From positions 768,001 to 832,000 of the forward strand of contig JAVJNR010000004.1 of the NCBI GenBank assembly GCA_040217195.1: a stretch of DNA of 64,000 nt. The letters run 5' to 3'. The position numbers and the translations under genes are program-made. The notes under the pieces are model-generated. The model had not been told where the DNA came from. It was given only the letters and a program-made list of their open reading frames with translations, and made no database searches. Shown here one piece after another: positions 54,754 through 64,000 of the stretch; positions within the stretch are counted from its first letter, which is position 1, and every line of letters begins with the position of its first letter. The stretch is from Leptospiraceae bacterium (lineage in GTDB: Bacteria; Spirochaetota; Leptospiria; Leptospirales; Leptonemataceae).

Positions 54754-55926
54754 TCAGACTAGCCAACCTTTCATTTCCAGTATCCGATGAATGCCGGTAC
54801 CGGCCACAGCCCAGAAAAGCAAGATAGCCCAGGCAGGGAATCTCTGTCTTTGAAGTATCCGACTATTCAAGTAGAAGCCACAAATAAGAAGCAAGAAGAA
54901 GGATAGTCGAAATATCCAGTCCATGGGACCAAAGCTTTTTAAAAAAAGAACGGAAAGCCCCAGCAGCGCTACAAATTGCAAGAAGGCCAGCCACGCTGTC
55001 GATGGATTCAGCGCAAGACGGTACTCATCTCTGCGAATCTGTTCCATTCGCATTGTGGAATCTACCGGGTAGCTGGAAGGCTTCTTCCAGAGATGAGAAA
55101 AGCTGGTCCGACCCAGCCCGGCTTCAAGATCTGCACGAATATTTTTGTAGATATCCACAAATACATGCACATTGGCAAACAATGGATTGTAGGACTTGAG
55201 CCGCTTCACAGTTCCGAATACCGGCTCTTCGGTTTCCATTCGAAACGTACCGAATAGTCGATCCCAGAGAATAAACATGCCTCCATAGTTCTTATCGATG
55301 TAAGGATCATTCACAGCATGGTGCACTCGATGGTGCGAAGGGGTTACAAACACGAAGGAAAATGCGCCCGGGATTGCATTTTCAGGAATGAATTTTGTAT
55401 GCACCCAGAATTGGTACAACCGATTGAGCGCATCCACAGTAAGAAAGATCATCCATGGAAGGCCCAGAACGGCCAGTGGCAAATAGAAAATACAAGTTAT
55501 GGCATTTCGCAGTGCCGATTGGCGCAATGCAACGCTTAGATTGTATTCTTCGCTGGAGTGATGAACTACATGCGAAGCCCAGAGTATGTTCACTTCATGG
55601 GAAATCCTGTGAGACCAGTAAAATAGAAAATCCAGCAAAACAAAGGCCAGCATCCAAAACAGCGCACTTCTGATTCCCGGATAGGGAGCCGAAAAATCCA
55701 GAAAGTAACCATCCAGACGAACCAGGGAGAACTGCTGCACCGAAGCGTAGAGTGCATAGATGCCCAGTAATACGAATGCATCGGAAAGACGGCTCATCAT
55801 ACCCAGGCTCATATCTGTGATGCTATCTGAAAGGAAGTAGAAGGACTTTCGCTGCACTCTGGAATACAGCAGCTCAATGCCTATAAGTAGCACAAAGACA
55901 GGAATCAGGGCCTCTATGATTTGCAT
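54754..55926 (-). CDS. Sterol desaturase/fatty acid hydroxylase family protein (alkylglycerol monooxygenase-like)
   Basis: His boxes HRISH, HVVHH and HHRVHH; EYNLSVALRQ, YQFWVHT and DKNYGG...WDRLFGT. Confidence 0.9.
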   Translation of the reverse strand: MQIIEALIPVFVLLIGIELLYSRVQRKSFYFLSDSITDMSLGMMSRLSDAFVLLGIYALYASVQQFSLVRLDGYFLDFSAPYPGIRSALFWMLAFVLLDFLFYWSHRISHEVNILWASHVVHHSSEEYNLSVALRQSALRNAITCIFYLPLAVLGLPWMIFLTVDALNRLYQFWVHTKFIPENAIPGAFSFVFVTPSHHRVHHAVNDPYIDKNYGGMFILWDRLFGTFRMETEEPVFGTVKRLKSYNPLFANVHVFVDIYKNIRADLEAGLGRTSFSHLWKKPSSYPVDSTMRMEQIRRDEYRLALNPSTAWLAFLQFVALLGLSVLFLKSFGPMDWIFRLSFFLLLICGFYLNSRILQRQRFPAWAILLFWAVAGTGIHRILEMKGWLV

Positions 55927-56057
55927 GCAATAATTGCTGCCCGGTGGAAAACAGAATGCAAGCCAAAAACTGACACTCCGTCACAAAATATCCGATAGCC
56001 GTAATAATTCTAATAGTTCGAGGTAAATGGATTCGGATTTTCGGCGTCTCCGCGCGG

Positions 56058-58361
56058 CTACTCTAAACGCGATCTGGAGCGCGGAAGGATTCGATCCCGA
56101 AAGGCCTGACCGGCCAGCGGAAATTCGACGATGGGTCCCCAGAAAAGAAATCCACTGGAACCTCCATCCAGACTGCCCTGCATTTGCTGGACCATATAAT
56201 CCGGACCGTAACCCCAGATATGATTCATCATTGGAAAAGCCTGCAGCCAGGGGCGAACGGAGTACAGCCCCCGGGAGAGGCGAATGGGTCTTTCCGTTCC
56301 CAGCTCCAGTAGCCGGTGAACCCTTTTCGCCCTGGGATACTGGTTGAGATAGTGAGTTCCAAAGTGCGATGAATAATGCATGGGCGAAACAAAGTCCACA
56401 GAAGACCCCATTTCCAGAACGTCCTGCCCGATGACCGCCCCTGCCCGGTAAATACCATTGTAGCCAAAGATGTCTATGCTAATGGGCGCATCGAGAGTAA
56501 ATCTGGCGCGTCTAAGAAAGGATTCAATAGCCTCTGTGCGATAGGCACCTGCTGGCGCATGCGAAAACAAACATTGATAGATTGGCCCGTCTGAAGGAAA
56601 TCGAATGTAATCAAATTGAATTTCGTCGAAGCCCAGCTCCAGGACTTCCCGGGCAACATCCAGATTATAGGATTGCACCTCTTCGGAAAATGGATCTACC
56701 CATTGCTCATCTCCCTCCACTTCCCAGGGGCCGCCTGAATATCGGTTCTTAATGGCATTACGGTGTCCCTTATACCGGTACATCCGCAGATCCTTGAAAA
56801 CTACCTGCCGGGCAATTGTATAGATGCCCATTTGCTTCAACTTATTGACCAGGCTGCGAACCGGAGCAATTTCCCTTACATTGTTCATTTCCCTGGCCAT
56901 GGGAAGATTGCTACCATACAGTAATCGACCGAAGTCATCTTTCACATCGATAACCACTGCATTGAAGCCATACCGCTCGATTAGACCAAATACGATGGAT
57001 TGTTTCAGCCGGGCCGATGTTGGAGAAATATAGAAGGCACTTAGTAGATCCGGTCTTTCTACTTCGGTTTTCGGAGCAGGCCGATGAGAAACCACCGGTC
57101 CTTGATGCACAAGATAGGGGCCCAGCAAGAATGCCTGGAATACTCCCGGCAACGAGGGCTCCTTTTCAGACCTGGATTCGAATGTATTGGAGTTGTCCGA
57201 ATTTTGCTGCGAATTTACGGATTTCTGCTTTGAATTATGAGAGTCCCTACCGGGCAAATCTGGATTGACCAAACGAGATAACTTCCCTGTGCTCAGGTCA
57301 AAGAAATGAATCCCTTCGGTGCTGGAGTAGATACAACCACCGGAGTTGCAGTCCAGAGATTCACCAGTTGCATCGGTGGCTGCATCTAAAACAGGTCGAA
57401 ATACAAAGCCCGACGAACCTTCCCTGGTCGATGCTACGGCCACCCCTGGATCAAATAGTGTAGCTGCCACCAGCCGTTCACTTTCAGGTAACCAGCGAAT
57501 GTCCAGGATATGCTCATAGAAGGTAATTCCAGGTTCATGTAGCAATCCTGGAAGGCCGGAATTAAAGTCCCGGATCCGTACTGAAGCATTGGACCGGAGA
57601 TTTCCTCTTACAGTAAGACGCTTCACTCCATTGTAAGCAGTGCCCAGAAAAATTTCCTCAATTTGCCCCTGGCCATCCACACTGGCTGCAATGGATGCAA
57701 ATATATTTCTGGATTTCAGACTGGAGAGTCCGCGGAAATCAACGGCATTAAAGTTCCGGCCTCCGTCCGTAGAAAGGAGGATGTCCTGAATATTCACAGC
57801 AAGGATTAGATTTGAGTTCGAAGGATGCTGCCAGATACCAACGATATCTCGGTATAGAACTGGATCGCAGCTAGCTTCCTTCTTACCTACGTAACGTCGA
57901 GGCTGACTGTCCGGGCGATAGAAAGTCTGACCCCTATCGTCTGAAATTAAAAGTCCTGCGTTGCGAAAAGAAACAAATAGTCTGCGAAACGCCCGCTCGC
58001 CGCTCGAAGACTCATCGGATTCCGGGGCACCAGATTGGTCCTTTGTGGAATGCCAGCGAACGAAGATCGGATAGCTTCTGCGAGACCAGTAATCTCTAGA
58101 TGGATACCCTTCACAGTTTTCCGGGGACTGCTCCAGCCAGGCACGATACGGCTCAATTTCGGATCTGGAATCACCCAGAAGGCCACTACTAACTCGATGA
58201 AGAACTGCGGCAGGAGAGGCCTCCGTCCATTGTAGCACGGTTTGCGAATCTAAGGAATCAAGTCGTTTCGCATTCAGCTCCGAAACATCTGAAGTGCGTA
58301 TGGCTCCGGTGCTGCATTGGGCCAGCAGGGGCAATATCCAGAGGAAACGTAATGCTTTCAT
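56058..58361 (-). CDS. Lipoprotein with BNR/Asp-box propeller and C-terminal putative glycoside hydrolase (DUF4015-like)
   Basis: LLAQ-C signal, Asp boxes SDDRGQTF and STDGGRNF, NAVVIDVKDD.G, IARQVVFKD, GFDEIQFDYIRFP and RPWLQAF. Confidence 0.82.
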   Translation of the reverse strand: MKALRFLWILPLLAQCSTGAIRTSDVSELNAKRLDSLDSQTVLQWTEASPAAVLHRVSSGLLGDSRSEIEPYRAWLEQSPENCEGYPSRDYWSRRSYPIFVRWHSTKDQSGAPESDESSSGERAFRRLFVSFRNAGLLISDDRGQTFYRPDSQPRRYVGKKEASCDPVLYRDIVGIWQHPSNSNLILAVNIQDILLSTDGGRNFNAVDFRGLSSLKSRNIFASIAASVDGQGQIEEIFLGTAYNGVKRLTVRGNLRSNASVRIRDFNSGLPGLLHEPGITFYEHILDIRWLPESERLVAATLFDPGVAVASTREGSSGFVFRPVLDAATDATGESLDCNSGGCIYSSTEGIHFFDLSTGKLSRLVNPDLPGRDSHNSKQKSVNSQQNSDNSNTFESRSEKEPSLPGVFQAFLLGPYLVHQGPVVSHRPAPKTEVERPDLLSAFYISPTSARLKQSIVFGLIERYGFNAVVIDVKDDFGRLLYGSNLPMAREMNNVREIAPVRSLVNKLKQMGIYTIARQVVFKDLRMYRYKGHRNAIKNRYSGGPWEVEGDEQWVDPFSEEVQSYNLDVAREVLELGFDEIQFDYIRFPSDGPIYQCLFSHAPAGAYRTEAIESFLRRARFTLDAPISIDIFGYNGIYRAGAVIGQDVLEMGSSVDFVSPMHYSSHFGTHYLNQYPRAKRVHRLLELGTERPIRLSRGLYSVRPWLQAFPMMNHIWGYGPDYMVQQMQGSLDGGSSGFLFWGPIVEFPLAGQAFRDRILPRSRSRLE

Positions 58362-58414
58362 TAGCCAGGGCGGGCTCCGTCTTCGACAGCTTTGCACTGC
58401 CGAAGACATGATCC

Positions 58415-60130
58415 TTATTTTTGCAGTATGGTTTCCCGGGCGTGGCCGCTCATATCTTTGAACTGTTCGAAGGTGTAAATCTGGTACTCATATCCCTGCT
58501 CTGTGAGGAATAGCTGTCGGTTCTGACCAAACCTTTCTTCGGTAGTGTCTCGGCTGACCACAGAATAGAAAAAAGCCATATTCTGGTCTTCTTTTGGACG
58601 AAGCACCCGACCCAGTCGTTGCGCCTCTTCCTGCCTGGAACCGAATGTACCACTTACCTGAATAGCAACACTTGCATCTGGAAGGTCAATGGAGAAGTTC
58701 GCAACTCGCGATACAATCAGACAGGTAATCTCTCCTTTACGAAAGGCAGAATACAGCCTTTCCCTTTCCAGCAAAGGAGTCTTACCTGTAATAATAGGGA
58801 AATCAAAATGCTTGGATATTTCTTCCAGCTGATTCAGATACTGGCCAATAATCAAAACATTGTTACGACCATGCTCTTCCAGAACTCGTTCGATAACATC
58901 CAGTTTGCCCGGGTTTTCGGAGGCCAGCCTGTATTTCTCTCGATCATCGGAAAGTGAGTACTTCATTCGAAGTTCTTCATCCATATCTACGCGAATCTCA
59001 ATGCATTTTGCATTTGCAATCCAGGACTGCTTTTCTAGCTCTTTCCAGGGTACATCGTATTTCTTGGGCCCAATGAGAGAGAACACATCTTCTTCCAGAC
59101 CGTCTTCGCGCACCAGAGTTGCGGTCAGTCCCAGCCTTCGCTTGGCCTGTAGTTCGGAGGTCATACGGAATACCGGAGCGGGAAGCAGGTGCACCTCATC
59201 GTATACAATAAGCCCCCAGTTATTGGCACTAAATAGATTGAAGTGAGTAAACTCACCGCCTTTCTTTTTTCTATGAGTAATGATGTTATACGTTGCAATG
59301 GTAATTGGTTTAATTTCTTTCTTTTCGCCGCTATATTCGCCTATGTCTTCTTCTGGAATTGTAGTCTTGTCCAGAATCTCATTTTTCCACTGACGGATGG
59401 ATAGAGTGTTGGTCACAAGAATCAATGTTTGTGCACCAACAATTTGCATGACCCCGATACCAACGATGGTCTTACCGGCACCGCAAGGAAGAACGATTAC
59501 ACCGGAGCCACCTTCTCGAGAACCACCGGCATGAAAGACTTCCACGGACTGTCGCTGATAGTCCCGCATGATAAATTCGCGTCCGGACAGTGTTGTGGGA
59601 CGCAGATTAAAGCTATAGGCTACACCTTCATCGTAACCCGCCAAATCCTGCACAGGATATCCGATTCGAATCAAAGCTTGTTTGATATGCCCTCGGTAAT
59701 CCTTGTTTACCAGAATACGACCATCTTCAACCTCTTCGATGTATGGCTGTACATTTCTGTGATGAGCGATTTCGTTCAGGAATGGTTTCTCATCTGATGC
59801 GATATACAGAGAACCATCGTCCTCACGAACAAGTCTAACCTTGCCATATCGCGAAATCTGCTCTCTGATTTCATTTTCAATGTTTTTGGGGACTGGATAT
59901 TTTGAGTAATTACTCAGCGCCGTGATGATTTCCTCTGCGGACATCTTACTGGAAGCAGCATTCCATAAAGACAGAGGAGTAATGCGATAGGTGTGTATGT
60001 GCTCGGGGCTCTTTTCTAGCTCCGCAAAGCGGCTGACCTGGCTACGGCACTCTTCAAACTTCTCATTGTCTACCTGGAGAAGCATTGTGCGATCTGATTG
60101 TACGATTAATGGATTGGATATATCCGGCAT
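58415..60130 (-). CDS. XPB/Ssl2-type DNA repair helicase
   Basis: PLIVQSD, FAELEKSPEHIHTYRITPLSLWNA, LPCGAGKT, DEVH, GLTAT and QRLGR.LR; SD GAGG before ATG 60130. Confidence 0.95.
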   Translation of the reverse strand: MPDISNPLIVQSDRTMLLQVDNEKFEECRSQVSRFAELEKSPEHIHTYRITPLSLWNAASSKMSAEEIITALSNYSKYPVPKNIENEIREQISRYGKVRLVREDDGSLYIASDEKPFLNEIAHHRNVQPYIEEVEDGRILVNKDYRGHIKQALIRIGYPVQDLAGYDEGVAYSFNLRPTTLSGREFIMRDYQRQSVEVFHAGGSREGGSGVIVLPCGAGKTIVGIGVMQIVGAQTLILVTNTLSIRQWKNEILDKTTIPEEDIGEYSGEKKEIKPITIATYNIITHRKKKGGEFTHFNLFSANNWGLIVYDEVHLLPAPVFRMTSELQAKRRLGLTATLVREDGLEEDVFSLIGPKKYDVPWKELEKQSWIANAKCIEIRVDMDEELRMKYSLSDDREKYRLASENPGKLDVIERVLEEHGRNNVLIIGQYLNQLEEISKHFDFPIITGKTPLLERERLYSAFRKGEITCLIVSRVANFSIDLPDASVAIQVSGTFGSRQEEAQRLGRVLRPKEDQNMAFFYSVVSRDTTEERFGQNRQLFLTEQGYEYQIYTFEQFKDMSGHARETILQK

Positions 60131-60569
60131 AGAGGACCTCAAACCCTAAGGCGCAAGGACACCCCTGATGTCAAGGGTTTCCGGTCAGTGTGCCGTCGTT
60201 TTCCCGAATCAGGCCATCCGGATCGGATATTCTATGCACACCAGAAGTTGCAGCCCGCCATTACTATGGAGGCCTTTTACGCAACTGCGCCTTATTCCTA
60301 AATGTAATGCTACAACTGGAACTCTGCATCCACAGATTTGCTTCCAGAAGAAAAAAACCATGTCCAGGAATATAGAAAAAGAGTCGACGTTTAGCGTGCG
60401 ATTCATTAGTGGTGCAGCGGCAAAAGGGACCGGATTTGAACCACTTCTGAACTCGGCCCCGTATTGGAAAAATATTCCCTTCCTGGAATACCTATTCCAG
60501 ACTGATACTGCTAATCCCTGGAATGCAACTTGAAATTTCGCGGCATCTATTCCATATTGCACGTGCCCC

Positions 60570-61319
60570 ATGATCCAGTTTAAAGACCATTTTTCCCGAC
60601 AATCCGGTGATTATGCGAAATTTCGCCCGCACTATCCTGTTGAACTATTTGACCAACTTTCCAGAATGTGCAGTAATCAAAGTGCTCTGGACATTGGCAC
60701 AGGGAATGGTCAATGCGCCCATGAACTGGCCAGGTTTTTCAAGACCGTTATCGCCATTGATCCCAGCGAAAATCAGATCGCTCATGCCAGATTGCATCCA
60801 TCTATTCAATTTCGCGTAGCTCCGGCAGAGAAAACCGGATGCGAAGATGAATCCATGGACCTGATCACCGTAGCTCAGGCTTTGCACTGGTTTGATCATA
60901 AACGATTTTTCGCAGAAACCTTTCGCGTTCTTCGCCCGGGTGGTCTGCTGGCTGCCTGGGGATACGGACATCACCTGGTGGAAGGATGCCAGGATGCGAT
61001 GGACCATTATTACCATAATGTTGTGGGACCATACTGGCCTCCAGAGCGAGAAAGCATTGAAGCTCAGTATCAGGACATCGAAGTTCCTTCCTGGCTATTG
61101 CAGACGGATCCTCCGGTTGTAGAGATGAAAGCCTTCTGGGATCGAAACCAACTATTGGGGTACATCTCTACCTGGTCGGCAGTGCAGAAATATATGGAAG
61201 AAAATCGGAAGGATCCGGTACCCCTTCTGGAAGAGGCACTCAAGAATTGTTGGCCGGAAGCCCGGCAAAAGCGAACTGTGAAGTGGCCTTTTTTCTTTAT
61301 TATTGGCAGAAAGCCATAG
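60570..61319 (+). CDS. Class I SAM-dependent methyltransferase
   Basis: FKDHFS..S.DYA..RP.YP, LDIGTGNGQ, VAQALHWF and LRPGG. Confidence 0.92.
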   Translation: MIQFKDHFSRQSGDYAKFRPHYPVELFDQLSRMCSNQSALDIGTGNGQCAHELARFFKTVIAIDPSENQIAHARLHPSIQFRVAPAEKTGCEDESMDLITVAQALHWFDHKRFFAETFRVLRPGGLLAAWGYGHHLVEGCQDAMDHYYHNVVGPYWPPERESIEAQYQDIEVPSWLLQTDPPVVEMKAFWDRNQLLGYISTWSAVQKYMEENRKDPVPLLEEALKNCWPEARQKRTVKWPFFFIIGRKP

Positions 61320-61512
61320 TCAGATCCTGGATAAATTCCGGGTAAACATAGCCGATTGCTTACAGAAGATTTAACGGTCTCCACGTAGTCTAGAACTGCG
61401 AACAAAATTCGTCGACTCAATTGCTGCTGGTTGGTAATGGCAAACCGACCTTCCAGGTTGAAAATCCATATTTTTGCAACCCGGGCCCCTGAACCCGGTC
61501 CTATCGAGTAAG

Positions 61513-62472
61513 ATGAATACCTTACCCGTAGCCCGAGGAAAGAAAAGAGCCCTTTTAGTGGAAGGAGGCGGAATGAAAGGAGCCTTCTCCGGAGGAGCTC
61601 TGCATGCATTACATAGTTTTCGTCACTCTGAAGAGTACGATCTAATACTGGCTATATCGTCGGGCGCTTGCTCCGCTGCCTACTATGCAACCACCGCGAA
61701 TACAGATGGTGAGCAGCTTGAAAAAAATATCAGGATATGGCGGGAAGATCTTACCGGCTGGAAAATGATCTCTCCATTGAATCCGTTGATTGGCCGGCCA
61801 TTTCTGGATCAGGGCTATCTGATCGATTATCTCTTTGGCCATAAATATCCAATCGATCGACAATGGCTTGGCAATCCCAGAAGTACTCCCTTCTATATAG
61901 CAGTGACCAGTATGGAGAGGCATCAAGTTGAGTTCATCAAGGCTACTCCGGATAACCTTACCGATCTGCTAAAAGCGGCCACTTCCCTTCCTGTGGCTAC
62001 CTGGGGACAGCACCCCATGAATGGCGAACAGTACTCCGATGCCGCTATCCTCAATCCACTGCCGGTTTCAGATCTGCTGGAAGCAGGCTACAAAGATATC
62101 ACCGTGGTATTGAATTCTCCGCTGGACAACCTTTCGCCTCCTGTTCCTCGCTGGTTGGCTGCCCTGGCTTTTCCGGGTCATGCCATGGGTGAATTGATGC
62201 ACCGTAACCATCACCTGGGCTACAATAGCGGTCGTGAGCTTCTGGCCAACCCTCCAAAGGGAGTTCGATTTCATATCGCCGCTCCGGAAGTAGGTTTATC
62301 TGTGGGACTGACTGGAACCAAACCAAAAGACTTGAATGCTGCAGTAGATCAGGGCTATCTGATCGGGCTGGACCGGTTTAAGGAATTTGAAAAGAAAACA
62401 GCTACGAGAAAAAAACGAAGTCCCATTCGGGCCGGACGAAGCGAAAAGAAAACCCGGACCGCCAGGCGATAA
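61513..62472 (+). CDS. Patatin-like phospholipase
   Basis: LVEGGGMKG, nucleophile elbow AISSG, A.TSLP and YSDA. Confidence 0.87.
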   Translation: MNTLPVARGKKRALLVEGGGMKGAFSGGALHALHSFRHSEEYDLILAISSGACSAAYYATTANTDGEQLEKNIRIWREDLTGWKMISPLNPLIGRPFLDQGYLIDYLFGHKYPIDRQWLGNPRSTPFYIAVTSMERHQVEFIKATPDNLTDLLKAATSLPVATWGQHPMNGEQYSDAAILNPLPVSDLLEAGYKDITVVLNSPLDNLSPPVPRWLAALAFPGHAMGELMHRNHHLGYNSGRELLANPPKGVRFHIAAPEVGLSVGLTGTKPKDLNAAVDQGYLIGLDRFKEFEKKTATRKKRSPIRAGRSEKKTRTARR

Positions 62473-62538
62473 CGATTGGCCCGGTGCAGCTCCCTCATTG
62501 GAGGGATGGTGCCACCGGAAAAAAGCGATTCTGGATCC

Positions 62539-64000
62539 TCAGGGAATGCAACTCAGATGCGCCTCAATAGGTCCCACCGAATAATCACCGTCATCCCCTG
62601 GTCGGGCCCTTGAAAGCGCGTCTGGAAGCACTGGCTGAGAAAGGGACGATGGATCCAAACCACCGGTAGAAAGAGCACAGGGATTAGAAACCGAAAACCG
62701 GAAATCAGATGAAGCATCCAGAAATGACGGGGTCACAGACAGATTTCCGGTACTGGTAGCTCCACCGTACAGAGTAGCACAACCGGAATTGGTTCCAAAG
62801 GTTCCTCCGCAAATACTCAGGAATGTCTGCGTCGAGGTGCGAATGAATCCGTCCGGACAATTCCACAGATTATTGGTGGAGAGATCAACAGCGGCGGGCA
62901 GGCCTGCCAGTTCTCTTATGCAGTAGCGGTTGGTACCTCCGCCAGCCTGAATCAGGTTATTATAGATTGGTCCCGAGGGATTGGCTCCAATATCCAGACC
63001 GATAGACTCAGCTGCAGCAGTAGATGCACTACGCATATAATTATGACCGATTCTCCAGTTGCCTGCAGCATTGATGGCTAACCCGTAACTGGAATTACCT
63101 GCTTCCCGGGCGAATAAGAAACTGGAGTCTATTTCACCTGTTCCGCCGTTGATTTCCATTCCCAGGGAACGTTGCAACGCTGCAGATCCTTGAATGACGC
63201 TAGCATGGATCCTTACCGTTCCATTTTCCACACGAAGGCCAACACCGTCTTGAGCTGCACCATCCCGGGGTAGGATTCGCACACCTTCAAGAATGGTGGT
63301 TCGTGCCGGAGGAGAGGTAACTACAATCCCTTCTCGATTCGCACTGCCAGTTCCAGGATCGATTCGAACATTGTGAAAAGAGCCTCCGCCCTGCATGTAG
63401 GCGGCCACAGAATCTGTTCCACCAGGGCCGGTAACGTACAGTCCATCCACACCGGTATTTCCGTCCAGGGCACCCACAAACCTCAGTGTGCAATCCACCG
63501 GTCCGCAGCCATTCCCTCCGCTAGTAAGCACGGTGCCATTACTCCATGGATCTCTGGAAGAGAAATCCGAGGAGTAACCACCCATTAGAGATACTTTGGC
63601 CGACATATTGAATGCATTCGTTCCCAGGTTATAGGTACCGTTTGCTATCAGAACGGCACAGCTACCTGCTCCACCACATCCTGTGGTCTGGGTCACTGCA
63701 TGGGCAATGGTAGCACAGGGAGATAATGGGTTGGAACAATTATTGGTACCGGTGAGATCATCCCCGGCTGCGGATACATAACGAGCATCGGAGGCCACCA
63801 TGAAGCGCATACCGGTATCCAGCATGAAAAAGCCATCGGAATCGGTGCAATTCAACAGCTGTAATATTCGGTTTAGGCCGGCGTTCCAGTTACCCGCAGG
63901 GGATATAGTCAGAGTATCGTTGGGATGATTGGTGGTTGACCAGGCAATCGTATGCGCATCGCTTCCCAGACCAGTGGGTCCCACAGTACAGCCGCCCATG
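62539..64000 (-). CDS. Surface or secreted parallel beta-helix protein (DUF1565-like), probably 5'-truncated by the window edge
   Basis: YVSAAGDD...S.P.SPCATI.HA, V.IANGTY and L.GGY..DF..RD; Gly/Asn/Ser-rich beta-helix-like repeats; frame open to the window end. Confidence 0.75.
   Translation of the reverse strand, partial: MGGCTVGPTGLGSDAHTIAWSTTNHPNDTLTISPAGNWNAGLNRILQLLNCTDSDGFFMLDTGMRFMVASDARYVSAAGDDLTGTNNCSNPLSPCATIAHAVTQTTGCGGAGSCAVLIANGTYNLGTNAFNMSAKVSLMGGYSSDFSSRDPWSNGTVLTSGGNGCGPVDCTLRFVGALDGNTGVDGLYVTGPGGTDSVAAYMQGGGSFHNVRIDPGTGSANREGIVVTSPPARTTILEGVRILPRDGAAQDGVGLRVENGTVRIHASVIQGSAALQRSLGMEINGGTGEIDSSFLFAREAGNSSYGLAINAAGNWRIGHNYMRSASTAAAESIGLDIGANPSGPIYNNLIQAGGGTNRYCIRELAGLPAAVDLSTNNLWNCPDGFIRTSTQTFLSICGGTFGTNSGCATLYGGATSTGNLSVTPSFLDASSDFRFSVSNPCALSTGGLDPSSLSQPVLPDALSRARPGDDGDYSVGPIEAHLSCIP

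Noticed and set aside
60168..60571. 121-aa and 120-aa ORFs on opposite strands in the XPB-methyltransferase gap
   Set aside because: No motifs or clear translation signals, and they overlap predicted promoters.

Overview
This is a 64 kb, roughly 50% GC, gene-dense bacterial chromosome segment. Its gene content suggests a free-living Leptospiraceae-like spirochaete (TRL-like lipoprotein, two class III adenylate cyclases, two STAS proteins, GAF-SpoIIE phosphatase, TPR/Mrr-domain protein, three-subunit SdhCAB); this is an inference, not a database match. Housekeeping genes include hisD, ilvB, pyrC, pyrF, sdhCAB, def, a long-chain acyl-CoA ligase, an XPB-type helicase, DsbD plus a redoxin, and tRNA-Ala(GGC). 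I saw no transposase, integrase, prophage or CRISPR array. The most notable items are: (1) an nrfH-nrfA nitrite-ammonification pair whose catalytic haem motif is CXXCH rather than CXXCK; (2) an unannotated leaderless Val-rich leader peptide with mutually exclusive hairpins but no U-tract upstream of an orphan ilvB; (3) a J-domain/CheW-like fusion; (4) a TPR-Mrr / GAF-PP2C-kinase / STAS / glycosidase partner-switching operon; (5) a canonical EF-hand loop in the extracytoplasmic domain of an adenylate cyclase; (6) a GluR0-like K+ channel; (7) a probable 7_1-knot repeat protein; (8) a graded pentanucleotide microsatellite; and (9) recurrent sigma70 promoters placed for leaderless translation. All product calls come from motif recognition by eye.
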